A DNA stretch of 64,000 nucleotides from a virus. The notes beneath the pieces were generated by a model. The model was given only the letters and a program-made list of their open reading frames with translations, ran no database searches and was not told the DNA's origin. This document shows positions 8,777 through 18,318 of the stretch, one piece after another. Numbering within the stretch: position 1 is the first letter of the stretch; each line of letters begins with the position of its first letter. Both the position numbers and the translations under genes were made by a program. Where the stretch lies: IMG/VR virus record IMGVR_UViG_3300042563_002443; one strand, given 5' to 3'.

Positions 8777-11295
8777 TGTATAAAGCAATCGGTTATGATA
8801 AAAAAGCGGGCATCATGCACGTTTGGGATGATGAATTAGGACATCGCAAATTTCCTTTTCAGGCATATGGATATTTACCAAATCCAAATGGAACATATCA
8901 AGCACTTGACGGAACACGATTGAATCAAGTACCTGGCAATCATCGAGATAATCCTAAATCATATGAATCTGACTTAAATGAAGAAGTTAGAACATTGATT
9001 GATTTATATTATGAATCAGATGAGCCGTCTAAAGGACATAAAGATTTCTTTTTTGATATTGAAACTGCAAAAGATGAAAATGGCTTCAGCACAATACAAG
9101 ATGTTCGCACCGCAATTACTTCGATTGCATATTATGATAAAGCAGGAAAAGATCGAAGAGTATTGATCTTAGACGAACAAGGTCGCATCAAAGAACGTGA
9201 AATACAAGGCGAAGGATATGCAATAGAAATATTCCGCAATGAAAAAGATCTATTAACTAGATTTATCAACATATTTGCACAAATACAACCAACAGTTATA
9301 ACCGGGTGGAATACAGACGGATATGATGTTCCTTATTTGTTAGGCCGATGCAAAAAAGTATTGGGTGCACAAGCAATCAAGAAATTTTCTCCTGCCGGCA
9401 TAGTAGAACAAGGCAGAACCGGTAAATGGAAGATACTTGGAGTTTCTAGTTTAGATTACATTAAATTGTATAAAAACTTTACATATACCGAACTACCTAA
9501 TTATCGATTAGACACAGTTGCTAAAAAAGAATTGGATCGAGGTAAAGTTGAATATGATGGAGACTTGGATACATTGTTTACCCAAGATATTCATAAATTT
9601 GCATATTATAATATGACGGATGTTGATCTTGTTTATGAAATGGATGAAAAGCTTCAACTTTTAAATTTAGCAAGATCGATTTGTCACAAAGGGCATGTTC
9701 CATATGAAGATGTATATTATGCATCCAAATATTTGGATGGTGCTGCCATTGTTGATTTAAAACGCAATGGATTTGTTGCACCGAACAAGCAATTTAGATT
9801 TATTGAAGAAGAAACAATGGCAGATGCATTAGCTGGTGCATATGTAATGGCACCTGTACCTGGCCTGTATAAATGGATATATGACTTAGATTTAACTTCA
9901 TTGTATCCAAGCATCATTATGACTGCAAATATATCTCCAGAAACTAAAGTAGGAGTTGTAGAAAATTGGAATCAAGAATGCATGTTAAACTCAGATTCAA
10001 TGCCGGCTACAATAACATTGGCTTCTGGTAAAACACAACAAGTTGATAATGTTAAAACATGGTTGGCACAACACAATTATAGTATTGCTAGCAACGGCGC
10101 TACATATAACAATGAACAACGAGGGTTTCTTCCAACTATTCTAGAAAAATGGTTTAATGAACGTGTTATCTTTAAAGATAAGCGTGACACATTTAAATTT
10201 GGTACAGAAGAATATAAATTTTATGATGCATTGCAATTAACACAAAAAGTATTGCTTAATTCATTTTATGGAGTTTTAGGACTTAAAACATTTCGTTTCT
10301 ATGATTTAGATAATGCCGGAGCTATTACAGCAGTAGGTCAAAGTGTAATAAAATTTTCAGCTAAGGTTATTAATAACTATTACAAAAAAGAATTGGGAGT
10401 TGACCACTTTATTAATGATAGCGGAGACAAAGCAGAATTTGCATTTTACACTGATACGGATTCAACCTTTTGTAGCAGTTTGCCATTAATTGAACACCGA
10501 TTTCCTGGATGTGACACTAACGATGAAACATTCATGATTGAACAAACTAATGCAATTGCATCTGAAATACAAACAACGGTTAATACAATGTATGACCAAT
10601 ATGCAAAAGTATTCCATAATACAACCGCACATCGATTCCAAATTAAACAAGAATATATTGCAAAATCCGGTTTATGGATTGCCAAAAAAAGATATGCCCA
10701 ATGGGTTATATTCAAAGAAGGCAAATCTACGGATAAATTGGATGTAAAAGGATTAGATGTTGTTAGATCCAGTTTCCCGGAAGATTTCAAAAAGATAATG
10801 AAAGAAACATTGTGGTATATCCTTAAAGGAAGAAACAAGCAAGATACTTCAACATTGATACATAACTTTAAAAATAACATTAAAAGTTCCAAAGTATTGA
10901 ATGTAATGAAGAATTCAAGTGTTAAAGAATTATCTAAATATATCAAAAAACGTAAACCGTTTACCGGTTATATAAAAGGATCGACAGCACACGTAAAAGC
11001 CGCAATTAATTTTAATGATTTATTGAGTACATTAACTACGGATATATTACCTATATCAGACGGCGAAAAAGTAAAGTGGGGCTATTTAGTAGGCAATCCG
11101 TACGGGTTTGAAACTATTGCATTACGAGGTTATTTAGATCCACCCGAAATAGTTGCATTTGCAGAACAATACATTGATCACAATAAAATGTTCACGGCAG
11201 ACCTAAGCAACAAATTCAATGATTTCTATGCAGCAATGAGTTGGGGTGCATTACCAGAAAATAACAATGCAAAAAAGTTTTTTAACTTTGGATAA
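8776..11295 (+). CDS. family B DNA polymerase
   Basis: Exo FDIET/GWNTDGYD; pol DLTSLYPS, KVLLNSFYG, YTDTDS, KKRY; no intein-sized insert. Confidence 0.96.
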   Translation: MYKAIGYDKKAGIMHVWDDELGHRKFPFQAYGYLPNPNGTYQALDGTRLNQVPGNHRDNPKSYESDLNEEVRTLIDLYYESDEPSKGHKDFFFDIETAKDENGFSTIQDVRTAITSIAYYDKAGKDRRVLILDEQGRIKEREIQGEGYAIEIFRNEKDLLTRFINIFAQIQPTVITGWNTDGYDVPYLLGRCKKVLGAQAIKKFSPAGIVEQGRTGKWKILGVSSLDYIKLYKNFTYTELPNYRLDTVAKKELDRGKVEYDGDLDTLFTQDIHKFAYYNMTDVDLVYEMDEKLQLLNLARSICHKGHVPYEDVYYASKYLDGAAIVDLKRNGFVAPNKQFRFIEEETMADALAGAYVMAPVPGLYKWIYDLDLTSLYPSIIMTANISPETKVGVVENWNQECMLNSDSMPATITLASGKTQQVDNVKTWLAQHNYSIASNGATYNNEQRGFLPTILEKWFNERVIFKDKRDTFKFGTEEYKFYDALQLTQKVLLNSFYGVLGLKTFRFYDLDNAGAITAVGQSVIKFSAKVINNYYKKELGVDHFINDSGDKAEFAFYTDTDSTFCSSLPLIEHRFPGCDTNDETFMIEQTNAIASEIQTTVNTMYDQYAKVFHNTTAHRFQIKQEYIAKSGLWIAKKRYAQWVIFKEGKSTDKLDVKGLDVVRSSFPEDFKKIMKETLWYILKGRNKQDTSTLIHNFKNNIKSSKVLNVMKNSSVKELSKYIKKRKPFTGYIKGSTAHVKAAINFNDLLSTLTTDILPISDGEKVKWGYLVGNPYGFETIALRGYLDPPEIVAFAEQYIDHNKMFTADLSNKFNDFYAAMSWGALPENNNAKKFFNFG

Positions 11296-11343
11296 CAAAT
11301 TGTTTTTTTTTTGTGTTATATTTATATGTAAATAAGGAAAATT

Positions 11344-11634
11344 ATGATAAAATTAAAAACCGTACTTGCAGAAAATATGCGCCGATTTGGTACGAAAAAC
11401 TTAAACGAAGGAATGTTCAGTAATTTTTTACAAAGTATATTAGGAAAAACTGATGCGATGGTTGATTTTCTTACTATTTTAGAATTTGCAAGAAAAGATA
11501 AAGACGGAGAAAACGCCGATGAAGCGGTTCAGTATTTAATGGATAAACATAATGTATCTGCAGATGAAGCGTTAAAAACTGTTACCCATGTTTATGAAAA
11601 ATTTGGTCCATGGATCGAATTAACTAGAAAATAA
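11344..11634 (+). CDS. late cassette protein with LAENMRRFGTKNLNE leader (copy 1)
   Basis: ATATTTAT at 11318; 43-bp leader identical to 18337-18379. Confidence 0.75.
   Translation: MIKLKTVLAENMRRFGTKNLNEGMFSNFLQSILGKTDAMVDFLTILEFARKDKDGENADEAVQYLMDKHNVSADEALKTVTHVYEKFGPWIELTRK
11368..11410 (+). repeat. 43-bp perfect direct repeat, copy 1 (copy 2 at 18337-18379)
   Basis: GCAGAAAATATGCGCCGATTTGGTACGAAAAACTTAAACGAAG. Confidence 0.95.
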
Positions 11635-11677
11635 ATAATTATTTATATGTAAGATAAAGAACCAAAATGACAAATTA

Positions 11678-11707
11678 AAGTACTAGCAGCAATGTTAGTA
11701 CTTTTTT
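11678..11707 (+). terminator. intrinsic terminator
   Basis: AAGTACTAGCA-GCAA-TGTTAGTACTT, 11-bp stem with GNRA loop, then T tract. Confidence 0.85.
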
Positions 11708-11720
11708 ACTGTTATAAAGG

Positions 11721-11749
11721 TTGGATAATATAAATACATTTATTATAAT
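11721..11749 (+). promoter_or_regulatory. TTGGAT-N17-TATAAT promoter of the dpdA operon
   Basis: Exact 17-nt spacer; ATG 5 nt downstream. Confidence 0.7.
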
Positions 11750-11754
11750 ATAGT

Positions 11755-12186
11755 ATGATTGGTTATAAAACACATTGGTACGGCAAAGAAATAGAAGGCC
11801 GTTACACTGATATCGAAACATTGTTTATTGCAGACATTAAAGCACTAGACAGAATTGTAGCAGGAAAAAATCCACACGTTTATTTTTGTTCCGGTGCAAC
11901 CGCCCAATTGATCGACGATGATCGATGGGCTACGGTATTCAGAATGATTTCTGATACTAGTTTCATAACAATCGAAGTTACTCCCGGTATGTTAGAAAAG
12001 ATACCACCAATGATTCGAATTCGCGCACACATCTTGTTAATGTTAAATTGTACTGATGCCGCATTGTTAAAACAATCAGACAGCATTAAGGTTGTATATG
12101 CAGATTATTCTTTGTATTGTACAACGGTACATAATATGCAACATGTTGTCCCAGATATGTATAAATTTGATAGAGATAAACAATGA
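11755..12186 (+). CDS. hypothetical protein heading the dpdA operon
   Basis: WYGKEIEG...ETLF...HVYF; overlapping operon with the next four genes. Confidence 0.7.
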   Translation: MIGYKTHWYGKEIEGRYTDIETLFIADIKALDRIVAGKNPHVYFCSGATAQLIDDDRWATVFRMISDTSFITIEVTPGMLEKIPPMIRIRAHILLMLNCTDAALLKQSDSIKVVYADYSLYCTTVHNMQHVVPDMYKFDRDKQ

Positions 12187-12584
12187 TAAGAGGAGTTATA
12201 GCAGGAAACTTTGATGTAATACATCCAGGATACATTGCCATGTTTGATGAATGCAAAAAGCACTGCGATAGATTAATAGTGTGTCTACATGAAGATCCAT
12301 CCGTTGAACGACCAGAAAAACTTAAACCAATATTACATTGGAGCGACCGAGTAAAGATACTTGATTCACTTAGGCAAGTTGATTTTGTATTTCCATATCA
12401 AACAGAAGCTGATCTATATGAAGCTCTAGTTAAAGGAGACTTTGATGTTAGGTTCTTAGGCGATGATTATGTAGGAAAAACTTATACCGGTTATGAATTA
12501 AACATTCCTATAAAATACCTAAACAGAGACCATGGATGGTCAACAACTAAATACAAACAATTAATAGCAGATTCATTAAAATGA
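12183..12584 (+). CDS. cytidylyltransferase (TagD / HIGH-family)
   Basis: GNFDVIHPGY, GDDY, RDHGWSTT. Confidence 0.85.
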   Translation: MIRGVIAGNFDVIHPGYIAMFDECKKHCDRLIVCLHEDPSVERPEKLKPILHWSDRVKILDSLRQVDFVFPYQTEADLYEALVKGDFDVRFLGDDYVGKTYTGYELNIPIKYLNRDHGWSTTKYKQLIADSLK

Positions 12585-12931
12585 AATACAGCGTAGTAGT
12601 AACATTTAACATTGAAGGATTTCATAATTGGCCTGATGCAAAAGAAATATTTCCACAAGTAGCATTCTTATCGGATAGACATAGACATATGTTTGGATTC
12701 CGTTGTTATGCAAACGTAACACATACTGATCGCGATGAGGAATTTATATTGTTAAACAGAAAAATACAAAAAGGATTGCGAATTGGATTTTCTGGATCTG
12801 AAACAAATGTATTAGAATTTGGATCAATGTCGTGTGAAATGATTGGAGAATGGTTGTTAGAATCATTTCCAACGTTGTATAAAGTAGAAGTTTGGGAAGA
12901 TTGGGAGAATGGAGCAATAATTGAAAGATAA
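12581..12931 (+). CDS. QueD-paralogue T-fold protein, DpdL-like (putative CDG decarboxylase)
   Basis: EGFHNWP, LSDRHRHMF (LxxxHRHxF), SCEM, EVWEDWENGA. Confidence 0.65.
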   Translation: MKYSVVVTFNIEGFHNWPDAKEIFPQVAFLSDRHRHMFGFRCYANVTHTDRDEEFILLNRKIQKGLRIGFSGSETNVLEFGSMSCEMIGEWLLESFPTLYKVEVWEDWENGAIIER

Positions 12932-12932
12932 T

Positions 12933-13970
12933 ATGAAAATATTTTTAGTAGACTTAGAATCAATACCGACACGATATACTTGCGAGTGGAAGACACATGT
13001 TCCACAATTATTGCGTGATAATGGATTTGATGTTCAAGTTATAGAAGGAGATCATACAATTCCAGAATCAACAACACCTGGTGCATTTTTGAACTTTGGT
13101 GGTACTAACATGTACAAAGCAACACAGCTTCACAAGTTGTCTGAATTATTTACATTAGGTAAGATTACCGCAGGAGACCATATCATTTTTACAGATGCAT
13201 GGCACCCAGCTATTATCAATGTAAAATATATGAGTGAACTTCTAAATATTCCGGTTGTAATGCACGGACTTTGGCACGCGGGTTCATATGACCCGAATGA
13301 TTTTTTAGGTCGGCTCGTAGGAGATAAACCATGGATTAGGCACGCTGAACAAGCCTTTATTGGAGCACTAGATCATAATTGGATTGCAACCGCAGCACAT
13401 TTTCAAATGATATGTAAAACATATGATGTATTTTTAAATTCAACGTTTGATCAAACAGGCTGGCCAATGGAATATACCCATAATATGATTACGCCTAAAC
13501 CATTTAATGAAAAAGAAAATATTATTGTTTTCCCGCACCGAATAGCACCTGAAAAACGATTAGATTTGTTTCAAGAATTAGCATCGCAGCCAGAATTAGC
13601 ACATTATCAATTTATTGTAGCAATGGATCTAAATTTGACTAAAACACAATATCATGAACTTCTTCAAAGAGCAAAGTTTGCAGTATCATTTGCAGATCAA
13701 GAAACATTGGGAATTTCAATGTATGAATCAGCTTGTGCAGGAGCATGTACAATTGTTCCTAATAGATTATCATATATGGAAATGTATCATCCTATGTTTA
13801 AACATGCAGATTCAGTAAATGAGGCTGTGGCTGCAATATTAAAATATGAACAACAAGACTTAACAAATGATATTGCTAAATTAACAAATTATTTACATGA
13901 CCGATTTTTTTCAGCAACAAGATTAATTAATTTACTAAAAGAATATAAAAACAATGAAAGAACAAGATAA
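12933..13970 (+). CDS. GT-B glycosyltransferase in the dpdA operon
   Basis: FPHRIAPEK, QETLGISMYE (GT4-like E-x7-E), PNRLSYMEM. Confidence 0.8.
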   Translation: MKIFLVDLESIPTRYTCEWKTHVPQLLRDNGFDVQVIEGDHTIPESTTPGAFLNFGGTNMYKATQLHKLSELFTLGKITAGDHIIFTDAWHPAIINVKYMSELLNIPVVMHGLWHAGSYDPNDFLGRLVGDKPWIRHAEQAFIGALDHNWIATAAHFQMICKTYDVFLNSTFDQTGWPMEYTHNMITPKPFNEKENIIVFPHRIAPEKRLDLFQELASQPELAHYQFIVAMDLNLTKTQYHELLQRAKFAVSFADQETLGISMYESACAGACTIVPNRLSYMEMYHPMFKHADSVNEAVAAILKYEQQDLTNDIAKLTNYLHDRFFSATRLINLLKEYKNNERTR

Positions 13971-15216
13971 GCGGTTCATATATTTTCCGTCGTTGTCTGC
14001 AGGCTCAATGGTCTCGGCATTCAAGAAAGATATGAAATTTGAAAATGGAGACCCGGTAAAGTTCTTCGACTCAAGATATCCAGATAAGTGGAGGCACCCA
14101 TATTTTCTAATCACAGCAGGACACCATTACAAGAAAATGGATTTCCGAGACACGATGGGCTTAGAAAAAGATGTTCTAGTATTTGGAGATTCAGGAGGAT
14201 ACCAAATAGCAACAGGAGCATTACCATATAGCAACGAATTGCGCGAAAAAATATTTCATTGGTTAGAAGCTAATAGTGATGTAGCAGCAAACTTAGATAT
14301 TCCACCTAAAACAAAATATCGAAATAAATTTGCAGAATGTGCTGACATTAGTTATGACAATTTTGCTTATTTTGAAAAACATCAAAGCGGTAAGACAAAA
14401 TACCTTAACATGTTGCAAGGCTCTAACACTGATGAATATACTTGGTGGTATCATAAATTTAAACATTTTGATTTTCAAGGTTGGGCAATTGGAGGTCCAC
14501 AAAAATTAGTAGACTTTATGTTTGCGGTTGCATTGATGCTCAAAGAAAAAACATTTGAAAATCCTAGACTAGAATATTTGCACTTATTGGGTATTAGCAA
14601 AATATCCGACTTTTTTATTCTAGCAACATTGCAAAAATTAATGAATAAAAATTATGGCAATAGAATCTATGTAACAACGGATTCATCATCGCCAGGACAA
14701 TATCCGGTATTTGGAACATATCTTCATTCAGCAAATTATAAAACACAAACCTTTTCGGAATTGTATTTTCCTAAAAATGCTGAATATAGAAGACAAGCTC
14801 ATATTCGTCAAGGAAAAATTGGAGAAGTATCTATTGATCTATCACAACATGTACCATGTGCATTACATTGTCCAGCATGCACCGACTTTACATATGATTT
14901 GCTAGGAGGAAAAACAGATGCTGGATTAGATCGATATTCACAAGAAGCTATGCCTAGAATGGTTGTTCACAATGTGCATTTATATGTGCAATGTGCAGAA
15001 GAAATCAATCAACTAGTAGACAGCCATGTAGAATTGCTAGAAACAGTAATACCAAGAGACTTGTATGATGTTATCTTGTCACTGCATGAAATGTTTGCCG
15101 ATCCTGACGCAGCATTACAAACATATGAAAAATATATTAAAACATATAAAAAGTTTGGTGGAAGTAGTATATCAACCACCGATGCCGAAAATTTCAATAA
15201 ATACTTTACATTTTAA
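13954..15216 (+). CDS. dpdA: DpdA-like DNA guanine transglycosylase (TGT fold)
   Basis: DSGGYQ, NLDIPP, LQG, GWAIGG, HLLG, TDSSSP, Zn site CALHCPAC...HN. Confidence 0.8.
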   Translation: MKEQDKRFIYFPSLSAGSMVSAFKKDMKFENGDPVKFFDSRYPDKWRHPYFLITAGHHYKKMDFRDTMGLEKDVLVFGDSGGYQIATGALPYSNELREKIFHWLEANSDVAANLDIPPKTKYRNKFAECADISYDNFAYFEKHQSGKTKYLNMLQGSNTDEYTWWYHKFKHFDFQGWAIGGPQKLVDFMFAVALMLKEKTFENPRLEYLHLLGISKISDFFILATLQKLMNKNYGNRIYVTTDSSSPGQYPVFGTYLHSANYKTQTFSELYFPKNAEYRRQAHIRQGKIGEVSIDLSQHVPCALHCPACTDFTYDLLGGKTDAGLDRYSQEAMPRMVVHNVHLYVQCAEEINQLVDSHVELLETVIPRDLYDVILSLHEMFADPDAALQTYEKYIKTYKKFGGSSISTTDAENFNKYFTF

Positions 15217-15230
15217 AAACAAATAAAACA

Positions 15231-15941
15231 ATGGAAAAAAGCAAATTACAATCATTTATTAATCGTTATTATTTAGCAGGAAATTGCGAGGCAGTTATCC
15301 TTAAAGAAAACGAAACAGGTGTCGGCTGTGAATTAATCGACATGGATCAAACCGTAGTTGGAAAGATTCAATGGAATACAACTCCTTTCATGAAAGGCAT
15401 GTTAGGTATCAATCATACAGGTGCATTAACTAAGATGTTAAGTGCATTAGGTGAAAAAATTGAAATTGAAGTTAAAGATGCAGCCGGCAAGAATTATGCA
15501 ATGTGTATTTCGGAAGGAAGCACCCGCGCAACATTCATGTTAGCAGATACAACGGTTATTCCAGCAGTTCCAAGCATTAATGCAGAACCAGAATATGTTG
15601 TACAAGTTGCCGTTAATGATGACTTTATTAACAAATTCATTAAAGCAAAAAATGCATTACCAGACGCAAAGAATTTTGCAGTACAAGTTAAATCAGGAGT
15701 TGTTAAATTTATTATCAATTATACAACAGTTAATTCCGATAACATTACTTTTGAAGTAGGAACAACAACGGCTGACGATATGGAGCCTGTATGCTTTTCG
15801 GCAGACAAATTAAAAGAAGTATTAGTTGCAAATAAAGGCGACGTAGGACAATTGCATGTTTCTCCCGATGGATTATCTCGAATAGATTTTGTTGGAACTG
15901 ATTTTGAATCTAGCTATTGGTTAGTAATGTTACAAAATTAA
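15231..15941 (+). CDS. sliding clamp (gp45/PCNA-like)
   Basis: 236 aa two-domain beta-rich protein upstream of the clamp loader. Confidence 0.65.
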   Translation: MEKSKLQSFINRYYLAGNCEAVILKENETGVGCELIDMDQTVVGKIQWNTTPFMKGMLGINHTGALTKMLSALGEKIEIEVKDAAGKNYAMCISEGSTRATFMLADTTVIPAVPSINAEPEYVVQVAVNDDFINKFIKAKNALPDAKNFAVQVKSGVVKFIINYTTVNSDNITFEVGTTTADDMEPVCFSADKLKEVLVANKGDVGQLHVSPDGLSRIDFVGTDFESSYWLVMLQN

Positions 15942-15942
15942 T

Positions 15943-16368
15943 ATGCAGATAGATATAGTAAATAAATCACCCAATGCGCTACCGGCATATGAAACTCCTA
16001 GTAGCGCAGGAATGGATGTTCGTTGTGTGGATAAACTTACAGTAAACCCAGGCGAACGAATATTAGCAAAAACGGGACTTTATGTAGAAATTCCAATTGG
16101 ATATGAAATACAAGTAAGACCTAGAAGCGGATTAGCATTAAAACAAGGAATAACTGTATTGAATACTCCCGGCACTATTGATGCTGACTACCGAGGAGAA
16201 ATAGGAGTAATATTAATAAATCATAGTTCAACTGTTGTTGAGTTTATGCCAGGAGACAGAATTGCACAAATTGTATTGAATAAAATTGAAATAATACAAT
16301 GGAACCAATCCAATTCATTAACTGGAACAAAACGTGGCACTGGAGGATTTGGATCAACAGGAAAATAA
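15943..16368 (+). CDS. dut: dUTPase
   Basis: AGMD, RPRSGLA, GTIDADYRGE, RIAQ, RGTGGFGSTG. Confidence 0.97.
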   Translation: MQIDIVNKSPNALPAYETPSSAGMDVRCVDKLTVNPGERILAKTGLYVEIPIGYEIQVRPRSGLALKQGITVLNTPGTIDADYRGEIGVILINHSSTVVEFMPGDRIAQIVLNKIEIIQWNQSNSLTGTKRGTGGFGSTGK

Positions 16369-16371
16369 CAT

Positions 16372-17298
16372 ATGTACGGACAACAAGAAAATACACTTTG
16401 GACAGAATCATTCCGTCCTAACACATTAGAAGGATATATCGGTAATGAACATATCATCGAAAAAGTTAAAATATTTATTGCCAATGGTGATGTGCCGCAT
16501 CTATTATTTTACGGCTCGGCAGGAACCGGTAAAACTACATTGGCAAAGATTATTGCAAATAGCGTCGATGCTGATCTAATGTATATTAATGCATCAGATG
16601 AAAACTCAGTTGATGCAGTTAGAGATAAAATTAAACGTTATGCATCAACAGTAGGATTTAAACGTTGGAAAATCATTATTCTAGATGAAGCAGATTATTT
16701 GACACCAAATGCCCAAGCAGCTCTTCGTAACTTGATGGAAACATATAGCAAAACAACACGTTTCATTTTAACATGCAATTATGTTGAAAAGATTATCGAT
16801 CCAATTCAATCACGTTGTCAAACATTTGCTATTATGCCTCCCAACAAAACAGATGTAGCAAAGCGACTAGTATCAGTATTAGAAGAAAAACAAGTGCAGT
16901 ATGACATCAAAGATATTGCAGCAATCATTAATGCATCATATCCAGATATTCGTAGAGCAATTAATACAGCTCAAAGTTGTGTAATTGAAAATCGATTAAC
17001 ATTGGATAAGGCAAGTGCAATACAAGCAAATTACATGACCGAAGTACTTGAAATGCTTAAGAATGCTAAAGACAAAAAAGTTGCATTCACTAACATTAGA
17101 CAATGCATTGCTGATAGCAAAGTTAGAGACTTTACTCCAATGTATACTTTCTTGTATGATAATTTGGATGAATTTGCTCACGGCCACATTGCTCCATGCA
17201 TTTTGATTATTGCAGAATCGCAATTTAAAGATGCTAGCGTGGTTGATAAAGAAATTAATATAATGGCAATGTTTGTAAACATACTAGGAGAAATTTAA
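16372..17298 (+). CDS. clamp loader ATPase subunit (RFC small / gp44-like)
   Basis: WTESFRP, GSAGTGKTT, NASD, LDEAD, QSRC. Confidence 0.93.
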   Translation: MYGQQENTLWTESFRPNTLEGYIGNEHIIEKVKIFIANGDVPHLLFYGSAGTGKTTLAKIIANSVDADLMYINASDENSVDAVRDKIKRYASTVGFKRWKIIILDEADYLTPNAQAALRNLMETYSKTTRFILTCNYVEKIIDPIQSRCQTFAIMPPNKTDVAKRLVSVLEEKQVQYDIKDIAAIINASYPDIRRAINTAQSCVIENRLTLDKASAIQANYMTEVLEMLKNAKDKKVAFTNIRQCIADSKVRDFTPMYTFLYDNLDEFAHGHIAPCILIIAESQFKDASVVDKEINIMAMFVNILGEI

Positions 17299-17302
17299 AA
17301 TA

Positions 17303-17518
17303 ATGTCGATATCGTATCACAAAAGCATGGTAACTGTTATATTTAAAACATCTAATAGAGCTAATGCTAAAACAAAAATAAAAACGTTTCGCAACAAATC
17401 AATTGATGATATTTTATCGGCTAAACGAATAATAGGAATTCCAGAGACTTCAATTATTTTGGAATTAGGAATCGGCAAAGAATTAGAATATCAATACAGA
17501 AAACGATATAAATTATAA
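17303..17518 (+). CDS. hypothetical protein
   Basis: Basic ORF inside the clamp-loader operon. Confidence 0.6.
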   Translation: MSISYHKSMVTVIFKTSNRANAKTKIKTFRNKSIDDILSAKRIIGIPETSIILELGIGKELEYQYRKRYKL

Positions 17519-17991
17519 TGGCAAAGCAAAAAGTTATTAAATCAGCTAATACTATTAAAGCGGCAACATTGTTTGATTTTATTGATGGTGTTACTCATAA
17601 AAAGAAAGAATGGTCTGCCTGGACTGATATGGATCAAAAAGCATTTAGTCCATTCATGACAAATCGATTCTTATCAATGCGTATGGAGCTTACGGAACTT
17701 ATTAATGAGTTTCAAACATATACAATTGGATTATTACGGCCACAAGAAACTTATCGATTGTATTATGATTTATTGCCTACTAACAAAACATATGCAAAAT
17801 ACATAAAAGGCAAATCCGAAGATAAATTCGATAAAGCATTAGTTGCTCAAATTGCAGAACATTATCAAATTAGTTTGTATGAAGCTGCAGATTACGTGGA
17901 ATTAATGGATACGGCTGAATGTGAACGAATCTTAACGTTATATGGATATAGTGATGGCGACAAGAAAAAATTATTAAAAGGAATCAAATGA
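17518..17991 (+). CDS. clamp loader subunit (T4 gp62-like)
   Basis: LFDFI, FSPFMTNRFLS, AEHYQIS..EAADY pattern; position. Confidence 0.7.
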   Translation: MAKQKVIKSANTIKAATLFDFIDGVTHKKKEWSAWTDMDQKAFSPFMTNRFLSMRMELTELINEFQTYTIGLLRPQETYRLYYDLLPTNKTYAKYIKGKSEDKFDKALVAQIAEHYQISLYEAADYVELMDTAECERILTLYGYSDGDKKKLLKGIK

Positions 17992-18257
17992 GCAATATAC
18001 ATACACAATCACATTACAGAGGTAAAGACAGCCTTTATAAATTTGCTGAAGAGTGGGCATTAAACGCCTATGAATTTGATATCATTAAACGTGTTGTAAG
18101 ATGTCGACACAAAGGTTCCTTTACGGAAGACTTAACAAAGACTCAAGACTTAATTGACATTTATCTACAAGAGCAACAACATAAATATATCAAGGTAACG
18201 CCAGATTACCTAGAGCTCGATGATCCATTTATTTCTACAGATGTAATGCCGTTATAG
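17988..18257 (+). CDS. DUF3310-like protein
   Basis: SHY...IIK...R..HKG...EDL.K pattern. Confidence 0.65.
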   Translation: MSNIHTQSHYRGKDSLYKFAEEWALNAYEFDIIKRVVRCRHKGSFTEDLTKTQDLIDIYLQEQQHKYIKVTPDYLELDDPFISTDVMPL

Positions 18258-18285
18258 GTTTGAATATGCAATAAAATTTTATATA
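18252..18285 (+). repeat. 34-bp perfect direct repeat, left copy (duplicated promoter; right copy 18809-18842)
   Basis: TTATAGGTTTGAATATGCAATAAAATTTTATATA flanks gene 18319-18741. Confidence 0.95.
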
Positions 18286-18318
18286 CTATATTTATATAAA
18301 AATTTAAAGGATAGTATT

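Noticed and set aside
2021-11295. Inteins or introns in RNR or PolB (also checked helicase and thyA)
   Set aside because: The ORFs are continuous and of ordinary length, with no splicing or LAGLIDADG motifs
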